A stretch of 63,575 bases of DNA, the filler included, from Chiloscyllium plagiosum (Eukaryota), in assembly GCF_004010195.1 (NCBI RefSeq). It is 5 parts of one record of this genome, joined end to end, with 100 filler letters (N's around TTAATTAATTAA, not from the genome) between each part and the next. Parts side by side here need not be neighbours in the genome. Positions count along the whole stretch, not along the records: positions 49,937 to 60,164 come from NC_057714.1; positions 60,265 to 63,575 come from NC_057714.1; 3 more parts are not named here. One strand, written 5' to 3'. Of the stretch, positions 50,321-62,878 are shown one piece after another. Numbering within the stretch: the stretch's first letter is position 1; every line of letters starts with the position of its first letter. A program made the translations under genes and the position numbers. Below the pieces are notes generated by a model that worked only from the letters and a program-made list of their open reading frames with translations, made no database searches and had not been told where the DNA came from.

Positions 50321-53074
50321 CACATGAAAGCTAGTGCTTCCAAATAAACCTGTTGGACTATAACTTGGTGTTGTGTGATTTTTAACTTCCTCAATTAAGC
50401 TCAACTAGATAAATGCTTTGGAGATCTAGCTCCTTCGTATTTGAAAAGATTTACTATGCAGATTGTTTCCTCCAAAACTTGCCATCCAAATTAATGAGTT
50501 AACTGAGGCATGGATTATGCAATTTAAATTATATAACATCAAACTTTTGCACAAGATGACAGTTAATGGCAATTTAATTCATTATAGGCTGCAAAAATCT
50601 TGTTACCAATTTCTTAAGTAAATTGATCCTTATGCTAATTAATTTGTTCTAAAACTGAACAAAAATAGAAATAATATCTGCAGGGCAAGGATGAGAGTAC
50701 TCGGACTGATATTAGGAAATCCAGATTACAGGGGAAACTTAAGTCTGGATTCCTGCTCCTTGTAACTTGACAGTTCTTTTGGAAAACATATGCAGACTTT
50801 AAATGTTATTATGACTACATTTCATTGCACTGCAATGTCCAACTTCACATCTGACAAAAGGTCACTTTGGTGAAAGATTGAAGCAAGTACTATTGGCGTA
50901 CTGAGAAGAATGCCATGTGAGGGTCAGCGCCTTCAGGACCGAACATTGAAAAACAGTCAAAAAACGAAGCATTTGGGGCAGTTGTCTACTTTTGAATAAG
51001 CATCAGTGCTCATTAGATCTTTAATCAGACTGATACAATGCCAACTAGAACTCATCTACCAAATGCTACAAATTCAAGAACCATAACTGAAAATTTTAAG
51101 CACGTTAATATAACTTACTTGTTAAAAATAATCCACCTTGGAGTGCTGGAGCGTCACAATTATATTAGTTTTTTTAAAGAGTGCAGAAAAGCAACACAAA
51201 GAATTCCGACAGAAAAGTCTGATGACCACATTAACAGAACTGGATTTGAATGTCCAGAAGAAAAACTGAGCAATGATGAGATTCTCTAAAAAATATAAAC
51301 CACTTTAATTTAAATTTGATGCAAATAATTATGTGCAACTGAAGAATACAAAATACAATCTCAAGCAACCCTAGTCAGACTTCTCTTTCTTCCCTTCAAA
51401 CCATGGGTAGGAAATGAGCAGGTGCAGTGTAGCAAAGACAGATGCCCATTTTAAGAATTTAAGTTACAAGGGTGGCTGGTCTAAACTGTGTTGGAAAATT
51501 ATTTAACCTCAGTTACAAATGGAATTGGTACAAATTGTTCACAATAATGAAGAATTCAACCATTAAATCTTAAAGTTAACAGTAAATGTAGAAAAAAGAT
51601 AAAGTAATAGACATAAAGAGTATGATTCAAGGTAAAATCAAATATTACAATGCAACTTGAAAGATAAATGGTCAAGGCATGTTGTGTATGGTCTTTTGGA
51701 CTGAATGTTTTTCTATTCCTGTCATTTCTTGTGTTGTGATGTTAACAGTCACGTTCCCTGTATCAGAACAAATCATGCACCATGAAAATCCAACCTAATT
51801 AACAATTCCACTTATGAAATTGGAAACAGAAAACCATTTCTGACCAAAGAAACAACATAGATCAAATTATTAATTCAGCTCTCCTCGAAATGAATATGAA
51901 TTGCCATTGATAGGATTTTTTTTTAATTGCCCTGTTTGGGAGTTAGTATCGAGTTCAATTTCCATTTATTTCTAAAGATACACCAAATAACTTCCACCTT
52001 CGTTTAAAAATAGTTCAGATATTGTGAAACTCAACAAACTACGCTGTAAAACTTTACATCATAAGATACAAAAATTCCTTTAGGTAAGTTGAAAGGTTTG
52101 TATTCGGGAATCAAGCTATTTACACAAATCTAACATTAGAATTATACATTCTCACGCCAAGCATTGTAGAAAAAGAATCAAGTTCCCTTGCCTCTTCTCC
52201 ATTTCTAATCTCAGAAAGGCATCCTTCAATAAAGCTGAACATTTGTTTTCCATTTCTCACACCAACCATCATGTAGCTCTGATTGGGATTCTTGTTTAGG
52301 AGTGATCTTTATTATGCATACCCATACACTGGCAATGGCAATGAGATGCCCAATTACATTTTGTTCAAGACTTATACTGATAGTAGATTTCTGTGTTAAA
52401 TACAAAGATAAACTTCCAATTTATTTGTACAAATGGTTAAACTTTGTACCAATTTAGGTCCGAAATAAAACATTGCTAATGCAATGTAGCAAAATGACAA
52501 TTGGTAATCCAACATCAACTTTGCAAATTATTTTCTTCCTCTTTTCTGGAAATGCTGCAATGAGCAATCCTATGTATTTAGATTAATTAACATTAATTAA
52601 AGAGAAAAACAAGTACCTACAACAATCCTTGTTATGTTTTCATAAGTAATGTGACCACAAGTAAAACAATTAACTTGTACAAGAAGTATTTTTATTTTGG
52701 GCAAGAATTACGTGGACAAAAGGGAATAATTTTTAAGAGATTTTTTTCTTTTAAGCGAAAAATTATTTTGCTTCATAGAACACTATTACATTTGAAGTTT
52801 AAAATAAATCAATCAAAAGCAACAATTCATGTCTTAATCTTAAAAAATAGTATTAAAATTCAATTCCTCATAGATTGTAATAGTTTAAATTTGGTGTACC
52901 TTCAGAGTAGCCATGTCTAAGTACACCTTATGGATAATTTTGGGCAGTTGCAAATAATTGCTTCTGAAATAAATGACTCAAGTTGAGATAGAAGTATATG
53001 AAAGCAATTATCTGAGTAGCCATTTTTGTCTAAAATTAGCAGAGAGTTCCTTTGCTCTTTATTCAATATGTGCA

Positions 53075-54928
53075 TGTTATGCGTGGAGTCAGAGAAAATG
53101 AGTGAGATTCTTAATGAGCACTTAGTGTTGGTATTCACCGAGGTGAGGGACATGACAGATGTTGAGGTTAGACATGATGTGGAGGTGCCGGTGTTGGACT
53201 GGGGTGGACAAAGTTAAAGCTCACACAACACCAAGTTATAGTCCAACAGGTTTATTTGGAAGCACGAGATAATGCTTCCAAATAAACCCGTTGGACTATA
53301 ACCTGGTGTTGTGTGAGGTTAAGGATAGATGTTTGATTATTGTAGGTCAAGTCGGCATAAGGAGGGAGGAAGTGTTGGGTATTCTAAAAGACATTAAGAT
53401 GGACAAGTCTACAAGTCTGGCTGGGATTTATCCCAGGTTACTGAGGGAAATGAGAGAGGAAATAGCTGGGCCTTTAACAGATATCTTTGCAGCATTCTTG
53501 AACATGGGTGAGGTCCTGGAGGACTGGAGAGTTGCTAATGTTGTCCCCTTGTTTAAGAAGGGTAGCAGGGATAATCCAGGTAATTATAGACCAGTGAGCC
53601 TGATGCCAGTGGTAGAAAGGGTGCTGGAGAGGATACTGAGGGATAGAATCTATTTACATTTGAAAGAAAAAGGGCTTATCAGTGATAGATAACATGGCTT
53701 TGTGCAGGGAATGTCATATCTTACCAACTTAATAGAATTCTTTGAGTAGGTGACAAAGTTGATTGATGAGGGAAGATGTCATATACATGGACTTCAGAAA
53801 GGCGTTTGATAAGGTTCCCCATGGTAGGCTGATGGAGAAAGTGAAGTTGCATGGGGTCCAGTGTGTACTAGTGAGATGGATAGAGAATTGACTGGGCAGC
53901 AGGAGACAGAGAGTAGTAGTGGAAGGGAGTTTCTAAAAATGAAGAACAGTGATCAGTGGTATTTCACAGGGATCCATGTTGGGACCACTGTTGTTTGTGA
54001 TTTACATAAATGATCTGGAGGAAGGTATAGGTGGTCTGATTAGCAAGTTTGCAGATGACACTAAGATTGGTGGAGTAGCAGGTAGTGAAGGAGACTGTCA
54101 GAGAATGCAGCAGAATATAGATAGATTGGAGGGTTAGGGAGAGAAATGGCAGATGGAGTTCAATGCGGGCAAATGTGAGGTGCTGCATTTTTGAAGATCC
54201 AATTCAAGAGCAAACTATACAGTAAATGGAAAAGCCCTGGGAAAAATTGGTGTACAGAGAGATCTGGGTGTTCAGGTCCATTGTACACTAAAGGTGGCAA
54301 TGCAGGTCAATACAATGTCAAGAAGGCATATGGCATGCTTTCCTTCATCAGACGGGGTATTGAGTACAAGAGTTGGCAAGTCATGTTACAGGTGTGTAGG
54401 ACTTTGGTTTGGCCACATTACCAAAAGGATGCTTTGGAGAGGATGCAGAGGAGGTTCACCAGGATGTTGCCTGGTATGGAGGGTGCTAGCTATGAAGAGA
54501 GGTTGAGTAGATTAGGATTATTTTCATTGGAAAGATGGAGGTTGAGGGGGGACCTGATTGAGGTCTACAAAATTATGAGAGGTATAGACAAGGTGGATAG
54601 CAAGAAGCTTTTCCCAGAGTGGGGGACTCAATTACTAGGGGTCACGAGTTCAAGGTGAGAGGGGAAAGGTTTAAGGGAGATATGCGTGGAAATTTCTTTA
54701 CGCAGAGGGTAATGGGTGCCTGGAATGCATTGCCAGCAGAAGTGGTAGAGGTGGGCACAATAGTGTCATCGAATATGTATCTAGAAAGACACATGAATGG
54801 GCAGGGAGCAGATGGATACAGATCCTTAGAAAAAGGCAACAGGCTTAGATAGAGATCTGGATCGGCGCAGGCTCGGAGGGCCGAAGGACCTAGTCCTGTG
54901 GTGTAAATTTCTTTGTTCTTTGTTCTAA
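53075..54928 (+). mobile_element. CR1 LINE ORF2 and 3' end (third subfamily), with nested PLE fold-back at 53172-53313
   Basis: EDWRVANVVPLFKKGSRDNPGNYRPVSL, QGSMLGPLLFVIYINDL..SKFADDTKIGG; the insert is flanked by TGAGGTTA duplication. Confidence 0.92.
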
Positions 54929-55664
54929 CAGGGTAATGAAACATGAAAGGTAAAACAAAGCACTGATATTTCTTACATGCTCCTTGTTCAATGCTATTGG
55001 AGCTCTGGCATATCCAGTGAGAAATTTGGCAATTTCTTCTCTGAAATTGAAACAGACAATGTGAGGAAAAATATGGTTCAGCAGATATAATACAAATTTA
55101 TTCTGTTATTAGTTCATTTAAAGTTTAAAGATATATACCAGTCTGAATAAGCTAAGTTTACAAAGATTCCAAAATTTGCTTTGATGACCCTTCAAGAATA
55201 CTTCAAAGAAATACATACAAGCAGCAATAACTATATAGAAATTAGAGACACTATCAAAGCACCCAATTCTGGTCCATCCTTCAATATATCCACAAACATT
55301 TCTGTTAATAAGGGCAATCCTCATTGTTAAGGTATTAACTTTAAAATCAATTGAAGGGGAGAAAGTAAAATATACGCCGAACTGAACACGTCACAAGAAC
55401 ATCAAATTTGTAAGAAGTAAGAGGAGTAGGCTACATAGCCTCCTAAAATTACTCCACCATTAAAAAAAAAATGGCTGATCCGATCTTAGTCTCAGTTCCT
55501 CTTTGCGGCCCATTTGCAATAACTTATCAAACCTCTGTCTGTCTAAGTCAGCACTGGATTTGCACCACAACTTCAACAATGCTCTGTGGCAGGGAATTTA
55601 AAAGATTCACAACCATTTGAGAGAAGAAATTTTTCCTCATCTCCATCTAAAAAGGTAATGAGGA

Positions 55665-56010
55665 GGGCAGTGGCATGGTGGTAATGTCGTTGGACTAGTA
55701 ATCCAGAACCCTGGATGCTGATCTGGGACCATGGGTTTGACTTCTGCTATGGCAGATGGTAACATTTGAATTGAAATCTGGAATTAAATACAGGCATAAT
55801 GGCAACCACATAATCATGGTCAGTTATTGTAAAAAGACATTTAATTCACTGAAGTAATTTACAGAAGGAAATCAGTCATCCGAATTGCGTCTGGTCCACC
55901 TATGAATCCACAACAAAGCGGTCAACTCTGAAATGCCTGTCTAAAAGGTCCCCAGTCACCCATAAAGTTCAAAGCGGCAATTAGAGGCAAATAGTAAATG
56001 GACTTGCACA
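55665..56010 (+). mobile_element. Second tRNA-derived SINE family
   Basis: GGCAGTGGCATGGTGGTAATGTCGTTGGACTAGTAATCCAGA..GGGTTTGACTTC tRNA-like head. Confidence 0.6.
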
Positions 56011-56042
56011 AATAATTGCTGCTCACTGACTTGTAACCTATA

Positions 56043-56327
56043 GTGGGTGGCACAGTGGTTAGCTCTGCTGCCTCACAGCGCCAGAGACCTGGGTTCAATT
56101 CCTGCCTAAGGCAACTGTCTGGGTGGAGTTTGCACATTCTCCCCGTGTCTGTGTGGGTTTGCTCCGGTTTCCTCCCACAGTCCAAAAATGTGCAGGTTAG
56201 ATGAATTGGCCATGCTAAATTGCCCGTAGGTTAGGTGTAGGGGTCTGGGTGGGTTGCTTTTCAGAGGTTTGGTATGGACTTGTTGGGCTGAAGGGCCTGT
56301 TTCCATACTGTAAGTAATCTAATCTAA
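56043..56327 (+). mobile_element. tRNA-derived SINE (HE1-like)
   Basis: A/B boxes, TCTAA tail. Confidence 0.92.
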
Positions 56328-56891
56328 ATATGCGTATATAGTTTTTTAAAACCCTTATTATAAAGTTATGTCCCGTTGTTCAATGATGCCCCCATCCCCC
56401 AAATAAATCTTCTCAGTATTGATTTTATCAGAATACCACCTACCTCAAGAACTTTCTGTTTCAGTAAGATCAATTCCCATTCTTCTAATTGCCAATTAAT
56501 GTCAGTTTCATCTTATATTCCACTGGGTCAATCAACTCAGTGAACTTTTACCTAACAGCTTCCACCAAGTATCTTCCAAGTTAACCAAGGACACCTAAGC
56601 CTGAATCCCCATGAGTAGGTAGCTCAGTTAATAACCCATGAGCCAGAACGTTTCAGATTCAAGGCCCTCTTTTGCACTATAGGGATTCTGTGATTCTATG
56701 AAAAGTCAAACCTGACCCTTCAAAGCAGTCTTACTGATGAAGAAGTCAACTTTCAAATGACATATGAAACCAAGAGACTTTGAAACATCTGGTTATCATG
56801 AAAAGCACAAGATGAATTTCAAAAACATTGCCCTGTTTAGTTACAACATGTCTTTTGTTATTTTTATAATCCATTTTATTATGAAATCCTC

Positions 56892-58093
56892 TAGTCAGAG
56901 GACTGATGAGGGCAGAGTGGTGGATGTGATCTATATAGATTCGCCAAGGTCCCTCATGGTAAACTGTTAGCAAGGTACGATCACATGGAATACAGAGAGA
57001 ACGAGCCATTTGGATACAGAACTGGCTTGAAGGTAGAAGACAGAGCGTGGTGGTGAGTGTTGCTTTACATACTAGAGGCCTGTAAACAGTGGTGTGTTAC
57101 AAGGATCAGTGCTGGGTCCACTATTTTTCGTCATTTATATAAATGGTTTGGATGTGAACATAGGAGGTATGGTTAGTAATTTTGCAGATGACACCAAAAT
57201 TGGAGGTGTAGTGGACAGCCAAGAAGGTTACCTCAGAGTACAATGGACTAATCAGATGGGCTAATGGACCAAGGAGTAGCAGATGGAGTTCAATTTAGAT
57301 AAATGTGAGGTGCTGCATTTGGAAAGGCAAATCAGGGCAGGACTTATACATTGAATGTTAAGGTCCTGGCAAGTGTTGCTGAACAAAGAGACCTTGGAGT
57401 GCAGGTTCATAGTTCCTTGAAAGTGGAGTCCTAGGTAGACAGGATAGTGAAGAAGTTATTTGGTATGCTTTCCTTTATTGGTCAGAGCATAGGAGTTGGG
57501 AAGTTATATAGAAACTGAACAGGACATTGGTTCGGCCTCTTTTGGCACATGGCATACGATTCTGGTCTCCCTGCTATAAGAAGGATGTTGTAAAGCTTGA
57601 AAGGGTTCAAAAATGATTTACAAGGATGTTGCCAGGGTTGGAAGGTTTGAGCTATAGGTAGAGGCTGGTTAGCCTGGGACTATTTTCCCTGGGGCATTGG
57701 CAGCTGAGGGAAGAGCTTGTAGAGGTTTATAAAATCATGAGAGGCACAGCTAGGATAAATAGACAAGGCCTTTTCCCTGAGATGGGGAGTCCAAAACTAG
57801 AGGGCATAGGTTTAGGGTGAGAGGAGAAAGTTTTAAATGGACGTAAGAGGCAACTTTTTTATGCAGTGGGTGGTGTATGTATGGAATGAACTGCCAGAGG
57901 ATGTGGTAGAGGCTGGTACAATTACAACATTTAAAATGCATCTGGATGGGTATATGAATAGCAAGGGTTTAGAGGATATGGGTGAAATGCTGGCAAAGGG
58001 GATTAGATTAATTTAGGATATCTGCTCAGCATGGACGAGTTGGACCAGCAAGTGTGTTTCCTTGCTTTACAGCTCTATGACTCTTTGACTCTA
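56892..58093 (+). mobile_element. 5'-truncated CR1 LINE
   Basis: GATGAGGGCAGAGTGGTGGATGTGATCTAT...TTTGCAGATGACACCAAAATTGG...CTATGACT tail. Confidence 0.9.
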
Positions 58094-58324
58094 AATCCTT
58101 ATTTTTTTGTTTTGAGTAAGTCAGTTATCTATGACTGGTAATATTCATGGGACAGACAGTTCCAAGCATTGCTAGGTTAATGTGGAAGATAATTGATAGA
58201 GGCAGCCTGGGAAAGTTAATTTGATTTGCCCAGCAATTGGGAAGGGGTTATAGCAAGGTTTTCAACACGTCACTCTGATTTATTTTGGGGTTATTGGTGA
58301 TGACTTGAAAAATTACTTGAAGGA

Positions 58325-58880
58325 GTAGTGACAGTAATGAAGTCAGCCAGGTGGACCTCATAGAATATGAGTTCCCTGATTGGATCAGATTAAACAGCCC
58401 AAATCACTCATATCGGGCTGACAGATAAAGACAGGGGTGTGACAGGTCCTGTGCACTCTTGGAACTGGCTCTGAAGAAGCTGGATCAGGGTCTTTAGATT
58501 AGATTAGATTTTTAGATTACTTTAGATTACTTTACAGTGTGGAAACAGGCCCTTCGGCCCAACATGTCCACACCGACCCGCCGAAGCGCAACCCACCCAT
58601 ACCCCTACATTTACCCCTTACCTAACACTGCGGGCAATTTAGTATGGCCAATTCACCTGACCTGCACATCTTTGGACTGTGGGAGGAAACCGGAGCAAAC
58701 CCACGCAGACACGGGGAGAATGTGCAAACTCCACACAGTCAGTCGCCTGAGGCGGGAATTGAACCCGAGCCTCTGGCGCTGTGAGGCAGCAGTGCTAACC
58801 ACTGTGCCACCGTCCCACCCTAAGGGTCAAGGAATGTCCACGTGTAAATAAGGGGTGACTTGGCGATGGGATATGTTAGG
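58325..58880 (+). mobile_element. Probable solo LTR interrupted by a SINE
   Basis: GTCAGCCAGGTGGACCTCATAGAATATGAGTTCCCTGATTGG..GTAAATAAGGGGTGACTTGG; the SINE is flanked by AGGGTC duplication. Confidence 0.45.
58495..58818 (-). mobile_element. Young tRNA-derived SINE (HE1-like)
   Basis: Family consensus in reverse with expanded TAGAT tail. Confidence 0.93.
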
Positions 58881-59554
58881 GATGCCCATGACTGAGCGGC
58901 AGAAAATGGTTGACAGCTGCCTATTGCTGTTGCAGTAGAACATGCTCTTGGGAAAATATTTGTTTAATGTAATTTTCACAAATACAACAATAGCAGATCT
59001 CTAATCAAGCTTACTGGCTGAGGTAGAATGTGCAACTGCAATTGTTTACATAGTTAAGAACATTTCAACTAAATAGTTATTTCTCTTGAATTATGTAATC
59101 AATCTGTGACAATATTATGCATAGGTTTTAGTTATGATTCTTCACATAATCATAGATATAAGTTCCAATGTGTTTATAAATATACATATACACAAAATTT
59201 CACTAAAAGCATGGGAGGAAAAGATTCAAACCAGTTTCAGACAGTAAAAGCAACACCAACCCCCACTCTCCCCCATCACTCCAAGGACGAATAAGCACAG
59301 AGATCAGTAGACATTGGAATGTAGATTGAATGAATATGTTAAGACACAACTAAAGAATTCTCACATTAGATGTAACCACATAACTTTGTTAGGAGTGATC
59401 AAAAATCAGTATTCTTTTTTATTCCCTGCAACGAGAAGTCTACGAGTTCCTGAAGTATGGGCAAGTATCCAATTAATTGGCAGTTAACAGGGTCCGGCTG
59501 GCTAATGTTACTTGAATACAGTATCCATTGGGAAAAGCCTCAAGAAGATAGATA

Positions 59555-60164
59555 AGAATGTAACTTTTAAAAGGGTTTTGTAATTTACATGTGAAAGAAC
59601 TGAAACCAACATACTTATTCTAAAAGAATAATTTTAGAATAATTCTAATACACTATCTGAGCTGACACCAATTATTAAAGTTCACTTGAGAATGTATTTT
59701 TTTTAAAAGAAGTTTTGTGGTTTACATATGAAACAAGTGAAACTAACATGGTCATTCTAACAGATAAGAGACTTAACAAACAATCAAGGTATTTTTCAAT
59801 GTATAATTTCAGTTACAGCACACTGTAAACTTTTGCTATAAATTCTGCGTCTTACAATTGTGTCCTCCACAATCAGGTCAGGCAGCATCTAGGGAACAGG
59901 AGAATCGACGTTTCGGGCATAAGCCCTTCTTCAGGAATGAGGAAAGTTTGTCCAGCAGGCTAAGATAAAAGGTAGGGAGGAGGGACTTGGGGGAGGGGCG
60001 TCGGAAATGTGATAGGTGGAAAGAGGTCAAAGTGAGGGTGATAGGTCAGACTGGGGTGGGGGCGGAGAGGTCAGGAAGAAGATTGCAGGTTAGGAAGGCG
60101 ATGCTGGACTCGATGGGTTTGACTGAGGCATCTTCCGCCCAGGAACCCTCCAACCCCAAGGGAT
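59555..60164. mobile_element. Two PLE terminal fragments (59555-59872 and 59873-60164 minus)
   Basis: The first is the reverse of 18665-18860; the second is the reverse of 1-240. Confidence 0.75.
59903..59938 (-). ncRNA. Minimal type I hammerhead ribozyme motif, intact core
   Basis: AUUC-CUGAAGA-A-GGGC-UUAU-GCCC-GAAA-C-GUC^GAUU. Confidence 0.78.
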
Positions 60165-60264
60165 NNNNNNNNNNNNNNNNNNNNNNNNNNNNNNNNNNNN
60201 NNNNNNNNTTAATTAATTAANNNNNNNNNNNNNNNNNNNNNNNNNNNNNNNNNNNNNNNNNNNN
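60165..60264. other. 100-bp scaffold gap with TTAATTAATTAA linker (60209-60220)
   Basis: 44 N + 12-mer + 44 N. Confidence 0.95.
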
Positions 60265-60550
60265 GGGCATAGGTTTAGGGTGAGAGGGGAAAGATATAAA
60301 AGAGACCTAACGGGCAACCTTTTCACGCAGAGGGTGGTACATGTATGGAATGAGCTGCCAGAGGATGTGGTGGAGGCTGGTACAATTGCAACATTTAAGA
60401 GGCATTTGGATGGTTATATGAATAGGAAGGGTTTGGAGGGATGTGGGCCGGGTGCTGGCAGGTGGGACTAGATTGGGTTGAGATACCTGATCGTCATGGA
60501 TGGGTTGGACCGAAGGGTCTGTTTCCATGCTGTACATCTCCACGACTCTA
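60265..60550 (+). mobile_element. Young CR1 3' end
   Basis: RGERYKRDLTGNLFTQRVVHVWNELPE plus 3' UTR. Confidence 0.92.
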
Positions 60551-61519
60551 AATACAGACAGATAGGCCTCTCGACATCTGCTGGGGACTTGGCCAACCTG
60601 CTACCTGAAGGGGTAGAAGTTCACACTGCAGTTTATCTTGATGGTCATTATTCATTCCAGACTGTAAAGATCTAGCTATAATTGTTGATAGTAATGCCTG
60701 CAATGTGATCAGCCTGCCTCAGATGTCTCAACTCTGAATGATATTACTGCACATGGAACCTAGGCACAACTTCTATGATGTAAAACATGCTGATTTTAAT
60801 GGCTTAGCCTAATGTGAATAATCACACCTCATCGTGAGAGTGGATACAAAGCCTGATTGTTCCAACACAGATATTGTTTTAGGACATGCATGAGCACAAA
60901 AATAGTTTTAAAAATATTTTTGGATTGCTTCCAATGCCCCCTTTAATGGTTCTCTCTTACAACACAATATGGGAACTGTTGGGGAGTTGGAGATTGAGAT
61001 TTGTGAATGTCCTGGCTCATAGAGAATGTCTAGAAACATTAGGATGCAGGTAGCTTCAGTCTTATTGAGTGTTACTGTTGCCAATGATATAAATGGAATG
61101 GAAAGTGGAGAAAATTGCCAAAAATATATTTTATCTACTTGGTTAGCATTTACTACATGCACCTCAGCTGAGGATTTTGGATAATTACAACTATCCTCTT
61201 TTCAAATGTTATTTTGTGATCAGATTTAAATAAAAGAATGTTGAGGAACAAACCAAGATGCCTGACAAGACTTTTCAAACCTCTTCTTAAATAATGTATT
61301 GCAATATATTTTCTTTATCTTCCTTTAACCATTCCAATTCTCAAACTTAGTAATAGACCCATGGGATTCTGTGTTATAAGGAAATAACTTTTACAGAATG
61401 CCTTAATCTGTCTCTCAACTATGCTCCAAAATACATCATGCGTAATAAATACTTTGAATTGCAGTCACTGTCGTGAGGATGAACAGCAAGAACCCACAAA
61501 ACCAACAATGAAATCAAAA

Positions 61520-61890
61520 GAAAGAAAGAAGGACTTAGTTGTGTAGTAACTGCAACAATCTCAGGATGTCCAAGATACTTTATAGTCAACAAAGTACTTT
61601 TGAAATGCAATCACTTCGGTAAGGTTTCACAAAACCAGTGGAAGAAAACATCAATTGATCCAGTATTAGTAATATTGATTGAAGGATAAATATTTTCCAG
61701 AATTCTCCTACTCTTTTTCAAATATTACCATGGGATCTTTTATCTCCACCTCAGTTTAATGCCTCAGTTGAGTCTTGGTACATCTGATAATAATGCATCC
61801 TTCAGGAATGCATTGTAGTGTCAACTTAATTTATGTTGTCCAACTTATGGAGTGGACTTGAATATTCAGACACAGAGGGGTGAGTACTCC
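61520..61890 (-). mobile_element. Ancient Deu-domain SINE
   Basis: Reverse of the 6930 family: GAAGGATAAATATT..CCATGGGATCTTTTA..CCTCAGTTTAATGCCTCA. Confidence 0.6.
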
Positions 61891-62746
61891 ATACGACCTA
61901 AGACATCGGAACATACATTAGGCCATTCGACCAATCAAGTCTGGTCTGCCATTCAATCTTGGCTGATAGGTTTTTCAACCCAATTTTCCCTCTTTCTCCC
62001 CATAACCCTTGATCCCCTTGGCAATCAAGAATCTATCTATCTCTGTTTTAAATATACTCAATGACCTGGTCTCCACAGCCTTTTGTCACAATGAATTCCA
62101 CAGATTTGCCATTCTCTGGCGAAAGAAGTTTCTCCTTATCTTGGGTTCTAAAGGGTCTTCCCTTTACTCTCAGACTGTGCCCTCAGGTCTTCATCTCTCC
62201 TGCTAATGGAAACATCCACTCTGTCCAGGCTGTTCAGTATTCTGTAACTTTCATTCAGATCCCCCCTCGTCCTTCTAAACTCCATTGAGTATAGACCCAG
62301 AGTCCTCAAACTTTCATACATGTTAAGCCTTTTATTCCTGAGATCATTCATGTGAATCTCTACTGGACCCACTCCAGGGTCAATAAATCCTTCCTGAGGT
62401 ATGGGGCCCAAACTTGCTCGCAATACTCCAAATGTGGTCTGACCAGAGCCTTATAAAGCCTCAGAAGTATATCCCTGCTTTTATGTTCTACTCCCCTCGA
62501 GATGAATGACAACATTGTATTTGCCTTCCTAATTATCAACTCCAACCTACAAGTTTACTTTAACAGAAACCTGAACTCGGATTCCCAAGTCCCTTTGCAC
62601 TTCATGTTTCTGTATTTTCTCCCTATTTAGAAAATAGTCCATGCTCTATTCTTCCTATTAAAGTGCATGACCTCACATTTTCCCAAATTGTATTCCATCT
62701 GCCACTTTTTTGCTCACTCTCCTAACCTGTCTTAATCCTTCTGCAG

Positions 62747-62878
62747 GAGAAAGTGAGGTCTGCAGATGCTGGAGATCAGAGATGGAAATGTGTTGCTGGA
62801 AAAGCGCAGCAGGTCAGGCAGCATCTAGGGAACAGGAGAATCGACGTTTCGGGCATTAGCCCTTCTTCAGGAATCCTT
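62747..62878 (-). mobile_element. 132-bp PLE-derived hammerhead element with 15-bp TSD
   Basis: TTAATCCTTCTGCAG at 62732-62746 and 62879-62893. Confidence 0.85.
62839..62874 (-). ncRNA. Minimal type I hammerhead ribozyme motif, intact core
   Basis: AUUC-CUGAAGA-A-GGGC-UAAU-GCCC-GAAA-C-GUC^GAUU. Confidence 0.78.
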
